From a bacterium (GTDB lineage Bacteria; Electryoneota; Electryoneia; Electryoneales; Electryoneaceae), in contig OY769902.1 of the NCBI GenBank assembly GCA_963669175.1, positions 1,504,001 to 1,568,000 on the forward strand: a stretch of 64,000 nucleotides of DNA, read 5' to 3'. Under the pieces are notes generated by a model, which saw only the letters and a list, made by a program, of their open reading frames with translations, made no database searches and had not been told where the DNA came from. This document shows positions 29,443 to 39,884 of this stretch, one piece after another (the first letter of the stretch is position 1; each line of letters opens with the position of its first letter). The translations under genes were made by a program, and so were the position numbers.

Positions 29443-32016
29443 ATGAGTCGGCAATTGTTTTTTAGTACGATAGCTGACAGTTTTTACAATGCATTTCGCA
29501 GGCCGTGGCGATTGGTGCTGGCGGCCCCAATCATTCTCTGTCTTCTTTTTTCACCTTCTTTTGCCATCCAGAGTGCTTCGATTCTAATTGCCCCGGATCC
29601 TGACGTTCTCCTGAGGGGACAGGCTGAGGCTCAGCAACTCACCCCGGAACAGCTTTCCGCACAAGCCACGCGCCTGATGTATGAGAGCTTCAGGGATTAC
29701 TACTATTTCAGGAAACAGATTCAACTGGATGTGGAAATGCTGCTGCGGGAAACCTACCTGCACGGCGTCTATATCAGTGTGAACCAGGAGTTGACGAAAC
29801 GAGATCCTTCTTCGCGATTCTTTGAAACGGGATTAGTTGAGGAGGATACGGATTCCTACGGGGAAGATCCGCGGCCGGATTTAGCCGATACGATTTCCAT
29901 TCGTGAAGAATACTTGAAGACAAACGATTTCATCAGGGCGGAATATCATCACAAACTGATTTATGTTGAAGCGCTCAAGGCCAAATTGGTAACAGAAGGT
30001 ACATCGGATGAAGTCAAGCGCATGTTTGACTATGACTTGCGGTTGGCTTACGATGCCTACGATGTTGGTTCGGATGCGTTTTATGATAAGGACGCTGAGG
30101 ATCGTCTGCTCGGGTTCCCGTTAGCCATTTTACGGCTGAACCACATTCTTGAGTTGTATCCGTATTCCAATATGGATGACATCCTGTTTTATCGCGGTGA
30201 AGCGGAATACGGCTCAGATTATTTCAATACAGCAGCCCAGACATTTGAAAAGCTGATCAGCGAATATCCCGGAAGTGATTATTATATCGATGCCTTGGCG
30301 CGTTTGTTTTTCTTGCATCAGAGGTTGGAACATTACATGCATCTCGGCGAGATGTGGACCGAGTATGGTAGCATTGATTTCGGTTTTGATGCGATTGTCG
30401 AGTTCGACCGTCGATGGGATGAAATCAGTGATTCCCTCGAGATGGAAGATCTGGAACGTGCTGTAGTCAAACAGTTGGATCGTGAACTTGATCAACTGGA
30501 CCGGGACAAGCCTTTTACACGTGAAGATGTGGAGAAATCATCCAAGCTTTATTATGCGGCCGGGATGGGCTTGTATCTGTCCGGTGTTAGTTTCGCGAAG
30601 AAAGATCCGCCAACCGCGCGTTCCATGTTTTTCATGGCACAGGATGCGTTGGGGCGTGTGCCAAACTTTACGGATAACAAGTTCAAGGCCGCCTACCTTG
30701 AGGGACAGGCTTTGACCCGGCTGGGCAAATACGAAGAGGCGATAGAGCCGTACACCCTCATCGCAGAGGAACGATTCAAGGAGTCCAAGAATCCTTCCGA
30801 GTTTGTTTTATCCAATGATGCACGGGTGAAACTTGGTTATTGCTATTCCCTGATCAACAATTATGATCAGAGTATTTTCTGGTTCAGCCAGGTTGATGAC
30901 GAGACAGAAAGCTACAAGAATGCTTTACTCGGGATGGCCTGGACCAATTATCGTTGGGATAAATACGCTCTTGTAGACAGTTTGACTCAATTGATCATAG
31001 ACCGTTATCCCAATGATCCGCAGTTCTATGAAGCCGTTACCCTGGCCGGGTATAACCGTGAAATGATCGGTCAGCATGATCGTGCAATGACAGCGTACGA
31101 AGCGATGATCAGTCGTTTGGACAACATCACGGATATCGGGGTGTATATCCAGGAGCGTCGGACAATCGCGGAACGTATCCAGGAAGCACGTTCACTTGAG
31201 CCGATGATTGTTGAAAGTGATGACCCGGATTTGTTCTCGGAGTACCTTGAAGTCACCCAGGACCTGGACCGGTTATACAAACGGGTAAAGCTTGCAGAGA
31301 TCGTAACATTGAACCCGGTCATGGAAGAATTCCTGCATGAACGGGATTCAATACGTGTTGTATTTGATTCCCTGGTTGCCTTACAGGATTCTATTTTCGG
31401 CTCGGATCGTCACAGGTCATTGCGCGGGTCGTACGAACGTCTCGCCAACCGTTTGCAGAAGCTGGCAAAGACGATCCAGATGGGTGGCTATACCATTATT
31501 CACCAGGATATGTCGGTAAGCCAGCAAATGGCCGAGATCAGGTATCACAACCAGATCACGAACGACATGATTGACAAGGCGGATGACGAGCGTACAGAAG
31601 TGGATGCGGCTCTTGCAGAAATGCGACGTGTGCGTGAACTGCTTTCACAGACGGGCAACCTGGATCAATGGATTGAACTGGAAATGGCCGAAAATGATCT
31701 ATTAAACGCGCGAAATTCCTTTGAAGAGCAGATAGTCTCTCTGTCGGAGGGACGAATGGCGGAGATCACTGTCGATATAGAAAGTTGGCGTGATTTCGCG
31801 TTCCGTCGTTACGCATTGCAGGGACTTGATTTTGATTCTCTGATTGAGCAGATGCAAATGCTGGATGACTTGAATGACCGTATCTCGGCCATTCAGACCA
31901 TTATTGAGGAGAAGGCCGGCGACGATGAAGACACTCGCCGTCCACCAACACTTGAGGAAACTGGCGCAGATGGGGAGAGTGGATCTGGGGGAGATGCGCC
32001 AGGCACCCAGGAATAG
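29443..32016 (+). CDS. Secreted TPR + coiled-coil protein (GltC/GltE-like position)
   Basis: Signal peptide, TPR repeats (FYRGEAEY..F..LISEYPGS.Y; ALLGMAW), C-terminal coiled coils; RBS GGAG. Confidence 0.8.
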   Translation: MSRQLFFSTIADSFYNAFRRPWRLVLAAPIILCLLFSPSFAIQSASILIAPDPDVLLRGQAEAQQLTPEQLSAQATRLMYESFRDYYYFRKQIQLDVEMLLRETYLHGVYISVNQELTKRDPSSRFFETGLVEEDTDSYGEDPRPDLADTISIREEYLKTNDFIRAEYHHKLIYVEALKAKLVTEGTSDEVKRMFDYDLRLAYDAYDVGSDAFYDKDAEDRLLGFPLAILRLNHILELYPYSNMDDILFYRGEAEYGSDYFNTAAQTFEKLISEYPGSDYYIDALARLFFLHQRLEHYMHLGEMWTEYGSIDFGFDAIVEFDRRWDEISDSLEMEDLERAVVKQLDRELDQLDRDKPFTREDVEKSSKLYYAAGMGLYLSGVSFAKKDPPTARSMFFMAQDALGRVPNFTDNKFKAAYLEGQALTRLGKYEEAIEPYTLIAEERFKESKNPSEFVLSNDARVKLGYCYSLINNYDQSIFWFSQVDDETESYKNALLGMAWTNYRWDKYALVDSLTQLIIDRYPNDPQFYEAVTLAGYNREMIGQHDRAMTAYEAMISRLDNITDIGVYIQERRTIAERIQEARSLEPMIVESDDPDLFSEYLEVTQDLDRLYKRVKLAEIVTLNPVMEEFLHERDSIRVVFDSLVALQDSIFGSDRHRSLRGSYERLANRLQKLAKTIQMGGYTIIHQDMSVSQQMAEIRYHNQITNDMIDKADDERTEVDAALAEMRRVRELLSQTGNLDQWIELEMAENDLLNARNSFEEQIVSLSEGRMAEITVDIESWRDFAFRRYALQGLDFDSLIEQMQMLDDLNDRISAIQTIIEEKAGDDEDTRRPPTLEETGADGESGSGGDAPGTQE

Positions 32017-32080
32017 AAATACTGTATCGTTTTGCATGAATACTGTCATGGTACATTTTCGAAGCAGAGTCAGGAGTTGG

Positions 32081-35000
32081 ATGACGAAGCGAGTATACAT
32101 AGTCCTTGGCCTTGTGGCGTTATTGTTGTTGCCGGGCGCTTTCCAGACGGTTTCTGCTCAGGAAACCGAGCAGGACAGCACCGAGCAGCATCCCATGAAT
32201 ACCGAAGCGCATATCGCGGTTTTCGGCAGGGATGTGGTGCAGCAATGGGCCTCGCTATCCGGGCGGGGGGGACGTACTCCTGAAGTTGACAGCCTGATTA
32301 CTGAGGGCGAAAGATACCTGTTCATGGCGGAACAGTTCGTAGAACAGGTTGGCTACGAAGCGCTTTCAGAGCAGCAGCGTCGCGGAAACCTGCGTCTTCT
32401 GCAGCTCCGTAACAGTTTCCTCGATGTGATGAAGTGGCTCGAGGTTGAGCGCTCCCGTGACTTTAACCTCTCCCAACTGCGTGAACTGGAGCAACGATAC
32501 GTTCGTGAACGTGATCTGCTCATGCAGCAGATGGCTGAAAAACGCAGTCAGTTGATCGATGCTTCAAGGCGCTTCCTGAATACCGTTAATCAGAATCCGG
32601 ATATTCAACGGCTTTCCGAACGTGACCGGGCGGAACTGATCGCCGATGTCGAATTCCGATTGGCTGATTTGTATGTGCGGGAAGCAGATGAAGAATTCAG
32701 CCGGCAATGGGAAGACTACGACCGTCAGTACTATGCTTGGCTGGATGCCGGTGGAACTGGTTCTGAGCCACGTGCGCCGCAGATGGATTACAGTAAATCA
32801 TTGCGCCTGTACCAGGATGTTGTAGACAATTTCAGCAATACATCGCTGTATAGTCAGGCCTTGTATAATGTGGCGTTCATCATGGATGAATCCAATGAAC
32901 CAAGCCTGAAACGTCGGGCGCAATCAAAGTTTGAAACCATTGCTGACAACTATCGTGACAGTGAATATGCGGACGAGTCGCTGTATCGTCTCGGTATGTA
33001 CCAGTTTGAAGTTGATTCCAACATGACTGCGGCGATCCCGTATTTCGAGCGTGTGTTGGAATACAGGGGATCAAAGTACTACTCAAGCTCGTTATACATG
33101 CTTGGCTGGTGCTACTTCCGTAAAGATGCCGTCGCAGATGCCGGGTTGACTGACAAACCAAACTCACTCTGGTCGCTGGAAGATTTTGCTTTATTGCAAG
33201 CGACAAAAGACAAAAACTATGATATTGCGGTTCAGTATTTCGATGATGCTGTAAAGTACTCCCGTGAGCAGAAGAAAATGTTTGGCAAGGCAGCGCCTAT
33301 TGAAGCCATTGCCATGGAATCGGAAGCCATTGAATACCTGGCTACCTGTTTCACGCTTGATTACCCTGAAATGGAATGGACTGACGCCGGCATTGATAAC
33401 GCTGTCTCATTCCTGCATGTGGAAGACTGGCGTTACCGGGAATACGGGTACAAGTTGCTTGAACAAATGGGCAAATTGTACCAGGAAGAAATTCTGATGG
33501 ATACGCTTGCGATCCTCGCCTGGGAAGCCGCGATTGATCAATACCCGCTGGAACCTCCGAACCCGGAATTGCAGCAAAAAATTATCAACATCTATTGGTT
33601 CAAAATGCATGAACCACAGGCTGCTTATGTAGCTCGTCAGTACCTGTTTGACCGGTATCGTCGCGGTACGGCTTGGGACTCTGTGAACAACGAAACTGCC
33701 TATCGTCCCTGGGCGGACTCCCTGATCGCCAATGAATACTACTTTAACTATACCATGACAATGGATACTCTCTTTAACCAGAGGCAGAACGAGGCTATTG
33801 AGAGTGCGCTCCTTGTCGCCACCAATTACCTGACTGAATTCCCATTCTCAGAACGAACGCCCAAGGTGGAATTCCAGCTCGCCTCGGTGCTTTCGCAACC
33901 CAGGTACAGCGACAACTTGCAGTTCCAGGTGAATGCGTATTGGGCGTATCGTGATGTGTTGGTGATGTGGGCAGACCATCCCAAGAATACCTACCGTGAA
34001 CAGGCTACCGTTGGCATGTTGCGTGTTGCACAAGCCCTGATGGAAGCTGAAAAGAACGGTATGGAAATACCTCCGCGAACCTTTGAATTGCCTGAAAAAC
34101 GAGGTGGACAGGTTAAAGGTGGTTCCAAGCCTGCGCCACAGCAGGTTACACCGGGCCCGCAAAGCGCTGCGGGAAGTATGGGTGATCCTGTCGAAGATGA
34201 CATGGATGTTGTGGATGATTTGGAAGAGACACCCGATGCCAATCCTCCGACGGAAGCGCCCGTTTCAGATGAAACAGAAGCTGACGTTCAGGAAGAGGAG
34301 CGCGAAGATCTGCAGGCAGACGAAGCTGAGCTTGAGGGTGGTGCCGGCGGGGCTGAGGACGCTGATACTGGCGCAGGTTTAGAGACTGAAGAACCTGAAT
34401 CTGAAATATTGCCTGATACCGGCAGCGCTCTCGTTGAACCCGAATCGGACATGCCCGTAGACGAACAGCCTGTAAAAGAACCGGCGGCAGAGCCGGATAC
34501 GGCTGGAGCGACTGCTGTTGAGCCGGATACATCAACAGGCGAGCAGCCGTCTGAAGAAGAGCCCGGGTTGCCCGTTATGAACGACACCACGAATGTGGAC
34601 GATGGTGGTGTCTGGGATGATGAAGAAGAGTTTCCGGAAGAAATTGCCCCGGCAGAAGAGGATACAACAGATAATTCCCAGGGAATGGGCTGGTTGAATG
34701 ATGTCTTTGCCGGCATGGTCGATATGACGCCTGCAGACTGGGATCCTTTCCTGTATGCGATGGCGTCTACGGAAAGAGTAACCTGGGCCATGCAGCAGGA
34801 TCCTGATACAACGCAGCAGGAAGAGGATCCCTTCGAAGAAGAGCCCATCTTTGAGGATGATGCACCTGCTGGCGAAGAGCCTGAGCAGGAAGAGGAACCG
34901 GTTGCCATACCCCCGACTGGGGCAACTCCGCCGGCAACAATGGAAGAGCCTGCTGTCGAACCGGTTAGTGCGGAAGAAGACAGCGCGATGATGGCTGTCG

Positions 35001-38000
35001 CAGATTCGGCTGCACAGGAAGAGAAGAAATACGAGCCTATCCCGCTGACAACAGCGGAAAGCATGTTCATGGAGCCTGTGGACTCACTGGTGCAGAGCTG
35101 GCCGGAAAATGAATTCACGCAGGATATGGTCATGATTGCGGCTCAGACCTATTACCGAAAGAATCATTATCAACAGTCCAGGCATTATTACAGGATCATC
35201 ATTGATCGTTTCTTCAACAATATTGACTACAGAAACATCGCGTACCGTGCGATTATCAACGGTTACGCGCGTGAAAAGAACTTCGAGAAGGTTGAAGAGG
35301 TTGCCCTCGAAATCGAGCGTGTAGGCATTGGCGGTGAACTCAGTGAAGAAGCCAACATGATGGCCGGTAAGGCGATCTATGAAGCTTCAGAAGCTGCACG
35401 CGCCAGCGGAGATTTCAATACAGCGGCTATGGAATTCCGCCGTGTCGCGCTGGACCGGCCGAACTATGCCAGTGCGGACGACGCGTTGTGGGAATCCGGT
35501 TTGACCTTTACGCAGGCGAAGAACTGGGATGAAGCGATCACCTCATTCCGGCTGCTTGCGCATACATACCCGGATTCGCAGTGGGCCGACCAGGCATTCT
35601 ATAACATTGCGTCAATCTATGGTGATGCGAACCAGAAGCCGGACAAGGCGAATGCCGCGGCCACCTGGGACTCGCTGGCTACTCTCTACCCAAAATCAGA
35701 CTTTGCAAATGTGGCGGTTTCCGAAGCTTCCCGTCTGTATGACGAGATGGAAAGCTGGGAAAAAGCGCTTCGTATGAACGAGATGTATATTGACCTTTTC
35801 CCGGAAGATACGCTAGCCTTCCACTTCCTGTTCGAGCAGGCTCGTCTCAATTTGAAGCTGGACCGTGAAGCCAATGCCATGCGTATTTACGAGGACTTCG
35901 CTCAGAAGTACCCGGATGATCCTCGAACGGTGAAGGCGCACTTGGATCGTGGTGAGTTTTACCTTGACCAGCGTTCTGATACAACTCGCGCTCGTGAAGC
36001 ATTCGAGAGCTGTCTGGTAGCAAACGAACGCATCAAGGAAGTCCAGGCACGAAAGGGAGAAAACGCTATCGGCTTCCCGGAAGCGGCTTCCAAGGCGAAA
36101 AACTACCTGACACAATGGAAGTTCAGGGAGTTCCTTGCCATCAGGTATACTGGTACGCCTGGACAGATTGAGACCAAAAAGGAACAGAAAGAAGCCCTGC
36201 GTCTTGATTTGATCGATGACTACAATGAACTGCTGAGTTACCTGCAGGATGAAGCCTTCAAGGCTCATTTCCGAATTCCGCAGATGGCGGAACAAATAGC
36301 CTTGGCTGAACAGAGTATCCAGCGCGAAGCCGCTTTCGATCCGGAAGGCAAGCTGGAAATTGACGAGGCCAATGCGATTTACAGCCAGGAAGAAACCATT
36401 GCCAACGACGCTATTTCCATTATGCTTGGCGCTGTGGAAATGTACGAGGAAGGTCTGGACAGTCTTCGCAGCCTGATGAGCAATATGCGCACCATTCGTA
36501 CGGAAACCCAGGCGACCGTTGATTCGTTGACCGAGTTCCTGGCACAGGCGCAACGTGATATCCTTACCCTGGAAGGTGACGAGAAAGCAGCGTTGGAAGA
36601 TGAGGTAAAGCAATCGCAACAGCGTCGGCAGGATTTGTCAGAAAACATCGACAAGTTTACCAGGCGTATTGATATAGCCCAGCAGTGGTCTGACTCGATT
36701 CGGGTTCGCATTCCGACCGTAATCGAAAAATGCGCTGAGATTTACAGTGTTGTACCCGGTGTGCTGTGGACCATTGAGCCTGTCGGGGATTACGACTGGG
36801 CCAAGATGATCATGCAGAAAGCGATCTTTGAAGACCTGGTCGTTCCTGCTGAAATCCTGGCGATGGACTGGCACATGCGTGCTGCGCAGACGGCAGATAC
36901 CTCCAAAGCGCTTACGGATGGCAGGCTGAACGAAGAGTTCCGAGCGATGGCCGATTCCGCACGTCAACAGATCATGGTTCGCGCTGATAAACTGTATGAT
37001 GCTTACCAGGAAGCGGTAACCTGGGCGAAAGAACGTGGCTATGAGCGTTATCGTGCACGTATGCTCCGCTTGATTGATATTGACCTTCGTACCGATTACA
37101 GTATGGGTATGGGATACGTGGAAGACCGTTGGGGATACTTCCTTAATATGTACCCGGCTGAAATTGCGAACTACCAGTACCAGATCGCTGAACTTGGCGC
37201 CAGCTACATGACCATGAGCCGGAAGGTTCTGGCGGAAATGCAGCTTGACGACAAGGGATGGGATACCTATTACGATCCCTATGCTGACAAGTTGATGAGT
37301 AAAGCAGTAGAAATGATAGCAATGGTCGACTCCCTGCAACAGGCAGATGTCGCAATGAAACATCGGTATGCTGAGCTTTCCGTCGAACATATGGATACGT
37401 TGAATGCTTATGTCGTTGCACAGGCCGGTTTCGCAGAATTGGAATTCAACTGGACCGTACTGGATTCCGCAATGCCCGAAGAGGCGTGGAAGATTCCAAG
37501 CGAGATCTATGTCCAGAACGAACCTTACGCCGAAGAGATCGGGCGCTGGCTGGTTCGTTTAGATCCGGCAAAGTGGGGACATCTTGCAGGCATCGGTGAA
37601 TCGACGAACTACCTGATTTCAGATACTACATGGTATGCGGCTGACTGGATCTGGCCGGAAGATCCTTACTTCTATTATGATCCTCCGGCTTACAAAAAAC
37701 CGATGTACAGTACCATGCCGGATCCGATTCAGAGCCTGGACTATATTAAAGGGCCGCCGCCTAATGTGATTGCGTTGTACGAGACGGAAATGCGGCTGGA
37801 GACTCGGTGGGTGCTGGAACCGGATCCGAATTATGTTCCGCCGGCGCCGGATTCGCTCCGGGTGGATTCGTTGCAGTCTGATTCAACACTCATGGATACC
37901 ACTGCTGGAGATTCAATCGGTGGCGTATTCACCGATGATGACACAACAGGCAGCATCTTTGACGATGACGCACAGTTAGCAGATACGGCGGCGGTGGGCG

Positions 38001-38626
38001 ATTCGACACTGTTGGCTGATGTTGTCTCCGATTCGTTCCTGGTTGATACAACCGGAGTTGACAGCACTCTGTCTGATTCCGCAGGTTTTGATGAACATGC
38101 AAATCCGCCGGAAGGGAAGCTGTGGGTAGAGAAAACAGACACATTCGAGGTCAAGGTTCCTTACCCGGAAATGTATTACCTGATCAACCTGAAGCCTGAG
38201 GACAGAATATCCGCGGCATCATTGAACATTACGGCTTTCCAGAACTGGTTCCTGTGGATTAATAACCAGATGATAGATGAAAACAGTTGGGACTCCACCG
38301 CAGGCAGGTGGCAATACTATGCAAACTATCCTGTATTTAACTTGTTGAATCCTGAACCGGGATCCGACAACATCATTATTGTAGGTGTTCTGAATGGGGA
38401 TACTACGAACACGGTAGGTGGTTTGTGGTTCACCATGGAATACAATACGGTAAAAGAGTTGACAGAAGAGATGTCGATCACATTACCCGAGAAGCCTGCT
38501 GACTATAATCCTTCTGCTACGGAAGGTACAAAGGATGACTCGGGTGGTAATCCACCAGTCCCGGATCCGATACCGGTACAACAGGATTCGACACAACAAG
38601 ATCCTACTCAGTTTTTTACCGAGTAG
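32081..38626 (+). CDS. Giant (2181 aa) secreted TPR protein, GltD/AgmU-like, with acidic low-complexity inserts
   Basis: RBS AGGAG, MTKRVYIVLGLVALLLL..SAQ; FRLADLY, ALYNVAF, YRLG.Y.F, LYMLGWCYF, EAIEYLA, repeated YP.S..A..A TPR units. Confidence 0.85.
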   Translation: MTKRVYIVLGLVALLLLPGAFQTVSAQETEQDSTEQHPMNTEAHIAVFGRDVVQQWASLSGRGGRTPEVDSLITEGERYLFMAEQFVEQVGYEALSEQQRRGNLRLLQLRNSFLDVMKWLEVERSRDFNLSQLRELEQRYVRERDLLMQQMAEKRSQLIDASRRFLNTVNQNPDIQRLSERDRAELIADVEFRLADLYVREADEEFSRQWEDYDRQYYAWLDAGGTGSEPRAPQMDYSKSLRLYQDVVDNFSNTSLYSQALYNVAFIMDESNEPSLKRRAQSKFETIADNYRDSEYADESLYRLGMYQFEVDSNMTAAIPYFERVLEYRGSKYYSSSLYMLGWCYFRKDAVADAGLTDKPNSLWSLEDFALLQATKDKNYDIAVQYFDDAVKYSREQKKMFGKAAPIEAIAMESEAIEYLATCFTLDYPEMEWTDAGIDNAVSFLHVEDWRYREYGYKLLEQMGKLYQEEILMDTLAILAWEAAIDQYPLEPPNPELQQKIINIYWFKMHEPQAAYVARQYLFDRYRRGTAWDSVNNETAYRPWADSLIANEYYFNYTMTMDTLFNQRQNEAIESALLVATNYLTEFPFSERTPKVEFQLASVLSQPRYSDNLQFQVNAYWAYRDVLVMWADHPKNTYREQATVGMLRVAQALMEAEKNGMEIPPRTFELPEKRGGQVKGGSKPAPQQVTPGPQSAAGSMGDPVEDDMDVVDDLEETPDANPPTEAPVSDETEADVQEEEREDLQADEAELEGGAGGAEDADTGAGLETEEPESEILPDTGSALVEPESDMPVDEQPVKEPAAEPDTAGATAVEPDTSTGEQPSEEEPGLPVMNDTTNVDDGGVWDDEEEFPEEIAPAEEDTTDNSQGMGWLNDVFAGMVDMTPADWDPFLYAMASTERVTWAMQQDPDTTQQEEDPFEEEPIFEDDAPAGEEPEQEEEPVAIPPTGATPPATMEEPAVEPVSAEEDSAMMAVADSAAQEEKKYEPIPLTTAESMFMEPVDSLVQSWPENEFTQDMVMIAAQTYYRKNHYQQSRHYYRIIIDRFFNNIDYRNIAYRAIINGYAREKNFEKVEEVALEIERVGIGGELSEEANMMAGKAIYEASEAARASGDFNTAAMEFRRVALDRPNYASADDALWESGLTFTQAKNWDEAITSFRLLAHTYPDSQWADQAFYNIASIYGDANQKPDKANAAATWDSLATLYPKSDFANVAVSEASRLYDEMESWEKALRMNEMYIDLFPEDTLAFHFLFEQARLNLKLDREANAMRIYEDFAQKYPDDPRTVKAHLDRGEFYLDQRSDTTRAREAFESCLVANERIKEVQARKGENAIGFPEAASKAKNYLTQWKFREFLAIRYTGTPGQIETKKEQKEALRLDLIDDYNELLSYLQDEAFKAHFRIPQMAEQIALAEQSIQREAAFDPEGKLEIDEANAIYSQEETIANDAISIMLGAVEMYEEGLDSLRSLMSNMRTIRTETQATVDSLTEFLAQAQRDILTLEGDEKAALEDEVKQSQQRRQDLSENIDKFTRRIDIAQQWSDSIRVRIPTVIEKCAEIYSVVPGVLWTIEPVGDYDWAKMIMQKAIFEDLVVPAEILAMDWHMRAAQTADTSKALTDGRLNEEFRAMADSARQQIMVRADKLYDAYQEAVTWAKERGYERYRARMLRLIDIDLRTDYSMGMGYVEDRWGYFLNMYPAEIANYQYQIAELGASYMTMSRKVLAEMQLDDKGWDTYYDPYADKLMSKAVEMIAMVDSLQQADVAMKHRYAELSVEHMDTLNAYVVAQAGFAELEFNWTVLDSAMPEEAWKIPSEIYVQNEPYAEEIGRWLVRLDPAKWGHLAGIGESTNYLISDTTWYAADWIWPEDPYFYYDPPAYKKPMYSTMPDPIQSLDYIKGPPPNVIALYETEMRLETRWVLEPDPNYVPPAPDSLRVDSLQSDSTLMDTTAGDSIGGVFTDDDTTGSIFDDDAQLADTAAVGDSTLLADVVSDSFLVDTTGVDSTLSDSAGFDEHANPPEGKLWVEKTDTFEVKVPYPEMYYLINLKPEDRISAASLNITAFQNWFLWINNQMIDENSWDSTAGRWQYYANYPVFNLLNPEPGSDNIIIVGVLNGDTTNTVGGLWFTMEYNTVKELTEEMSITLPEKPADYNPSATEGTKDDSGGNPPVPDPIPVQQDSTQQDPTQFFTE

Positions 38627-38665
38627 ATTAGCGGTACACTCAGTGGTACAAGGGTGAGGGAAGTG

Positions 38666-38974
38666 ATGAAAAGGTTGTTCGCATACTTGGCGGGCACAGT
38701 TTTGCTGGGGACATCGGGTACGGCCTTCGCGCAGATATATGCTGGTGAAGAGACCATCAGGGGTGAAATTCCTCAGCCGACAGCGATTATCCAGCTTTCA
38801 CGTTCTGAACCGGAGTTTGAATCGGTTACTATTGATAAAGTCAGCAAGGATTATGGGGAATCGGCTTTTGCGTTGATTTCAGACCTCATTGCTCCTGCTG
38901 CCGAGGAAGTAGAACCGAGACCGATGGATAATCTCAAGGAAATGTTGTCCCGGGAGCGGCTACCTTCGAGATAA
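38666..38974 (+). CDS. Small secreted protein, GltF/CglF-like
   Basis: Signal peptide, then EETIRGEIPQPTAIIQLSR, reminiscent of the GltF 'I.G....P......R' motif; lies between the TPR genes and the motor genes. Confidence 0.55.
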   Translation: MKRLFAYLAGTVLLGTSGTAFAQIYAGEETIRGEIPQPTAIIQLSRSEPEFESVTIDKVSKDYGESAFALISDLIAPAAEEVEPRPMDNLKEMLSRERLPSR

Positions 38975-39230
38975 GTGTTGCTGTCCATGAGAGGAGGTGC
39001 GGGATGTACAGAAAATCTCATGGAATTGGCGTCAATCCTTGCGCGTGAATAGACCCAAGCCTATATTTGGCTCCAGTGCTGCAATGGTTTGTTCCAGAGA
39101 CTGTTGTATGCCAGCGTGTGCATCCCATTTTACCCAAAGAGAGTGGTAGAAGAGCTTTTTCAGGTTGGAAACCAAGTTAAACGTTCCACATACCCACGTT
39201 TGATTGAGGGGAACATAGGAGAGGATCAAG

Positions 39231-39881
39231 ATGGGAGCAGTCTTTCAAAATCTGTACCAGTCGTTCAACCCGAATTCTCCGGGTTACGAGTTCATGTGGA
39301 TTCTGCTTTTCTTCTTTGTGTGGATGGCGACACTCGTGATTGAACGTGTGATTGCGATTTACATCCGTGCGAATGTAAATGCAGAAAAGTTCATGGCTGA
39401 GATCAAGAAGCTGGTACAGGCCGGTGATTTCAAGAAGGCGATCAACCTGTGCAAGTCCGCCGGCAAGCGTGCGCTTCCCCGTGTGGTCCTGGCTGCGTTG
39501 ATTGAGGCTGAAAAGCGTGAACTGATCGACTTCCGTGCAGTCCAGAACGCGTTGGACGAAGTTACCCTGGAAATCATTCCAGAATTGAACAAGCGCATGT
39601 CGATTCTTGGTATGATCGGTAACGTATCCACCCTTATGGGTCTGACAGGAACGATTTTCGGTCTGATCCTTTCCTTCGAAGCTGCAGGCGCAAGTGGTGG
39701 TGGTACCGGTGAATTGGCGAAAGGTATTTCTGTCGCTATGTTGACCACGCTTTTCGGTCTTCTGGTGGCGATGCCGGCTATCATCATGTACACATTCTTG
39801 AACAGCAAGATCAACTCGATTATTGAGGACATTGACGAGCACGCGGTCAAGCTGGTGCACCTGTTAACCGGAGGACGCTAA
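39231..39881 (+). CDS. MotA/TolQ/ExbB proton channel (AglR-like)
   Basis: STLMGLTGTIFGLILSF and GISVAMLTTLFGLLVAMPA. Confidence 0.93.
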   Translation: MGAVFQNLYQSFNPNSPGYEFMWILLFFFVWMATLVIERVIAIYIRANVNAEKFMAEIKKLVQAGDFKKAINLCKSAGKRALPRVVLAALIEAEKRELIDFRAVQNALDEVTLEIIPELNKRMSILGMIGNVSTLMGLTGTIFGLILSFEAAGASGGGTGELAKGISVAMLTTLFGLLVAMPAIIMYTFLNSKINSIIEDIDEHAVKLVHLLTGGR

Positions 39882-39884
39882 TCC

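Noticed and set aside
31874-32080. N-terminal 69 aa of the 2250-aa ORF
   Set aside because: Overlaps the upstream gene; the RBS and signal peptide indicate a start at 32081.
34288-35133. 281-aa Ser-rich antisense ORF
   Set aside because: Shadow of the acidic low-complexity coding strand.
39026-39043. TGGC..TTGC possible sigma54 site before the TolQ gene
   Set aside because: GG-to-GC spacing is 11, not 10; a weak sigma70-like TTGCGC-17-TATATT fits better but is unproven.
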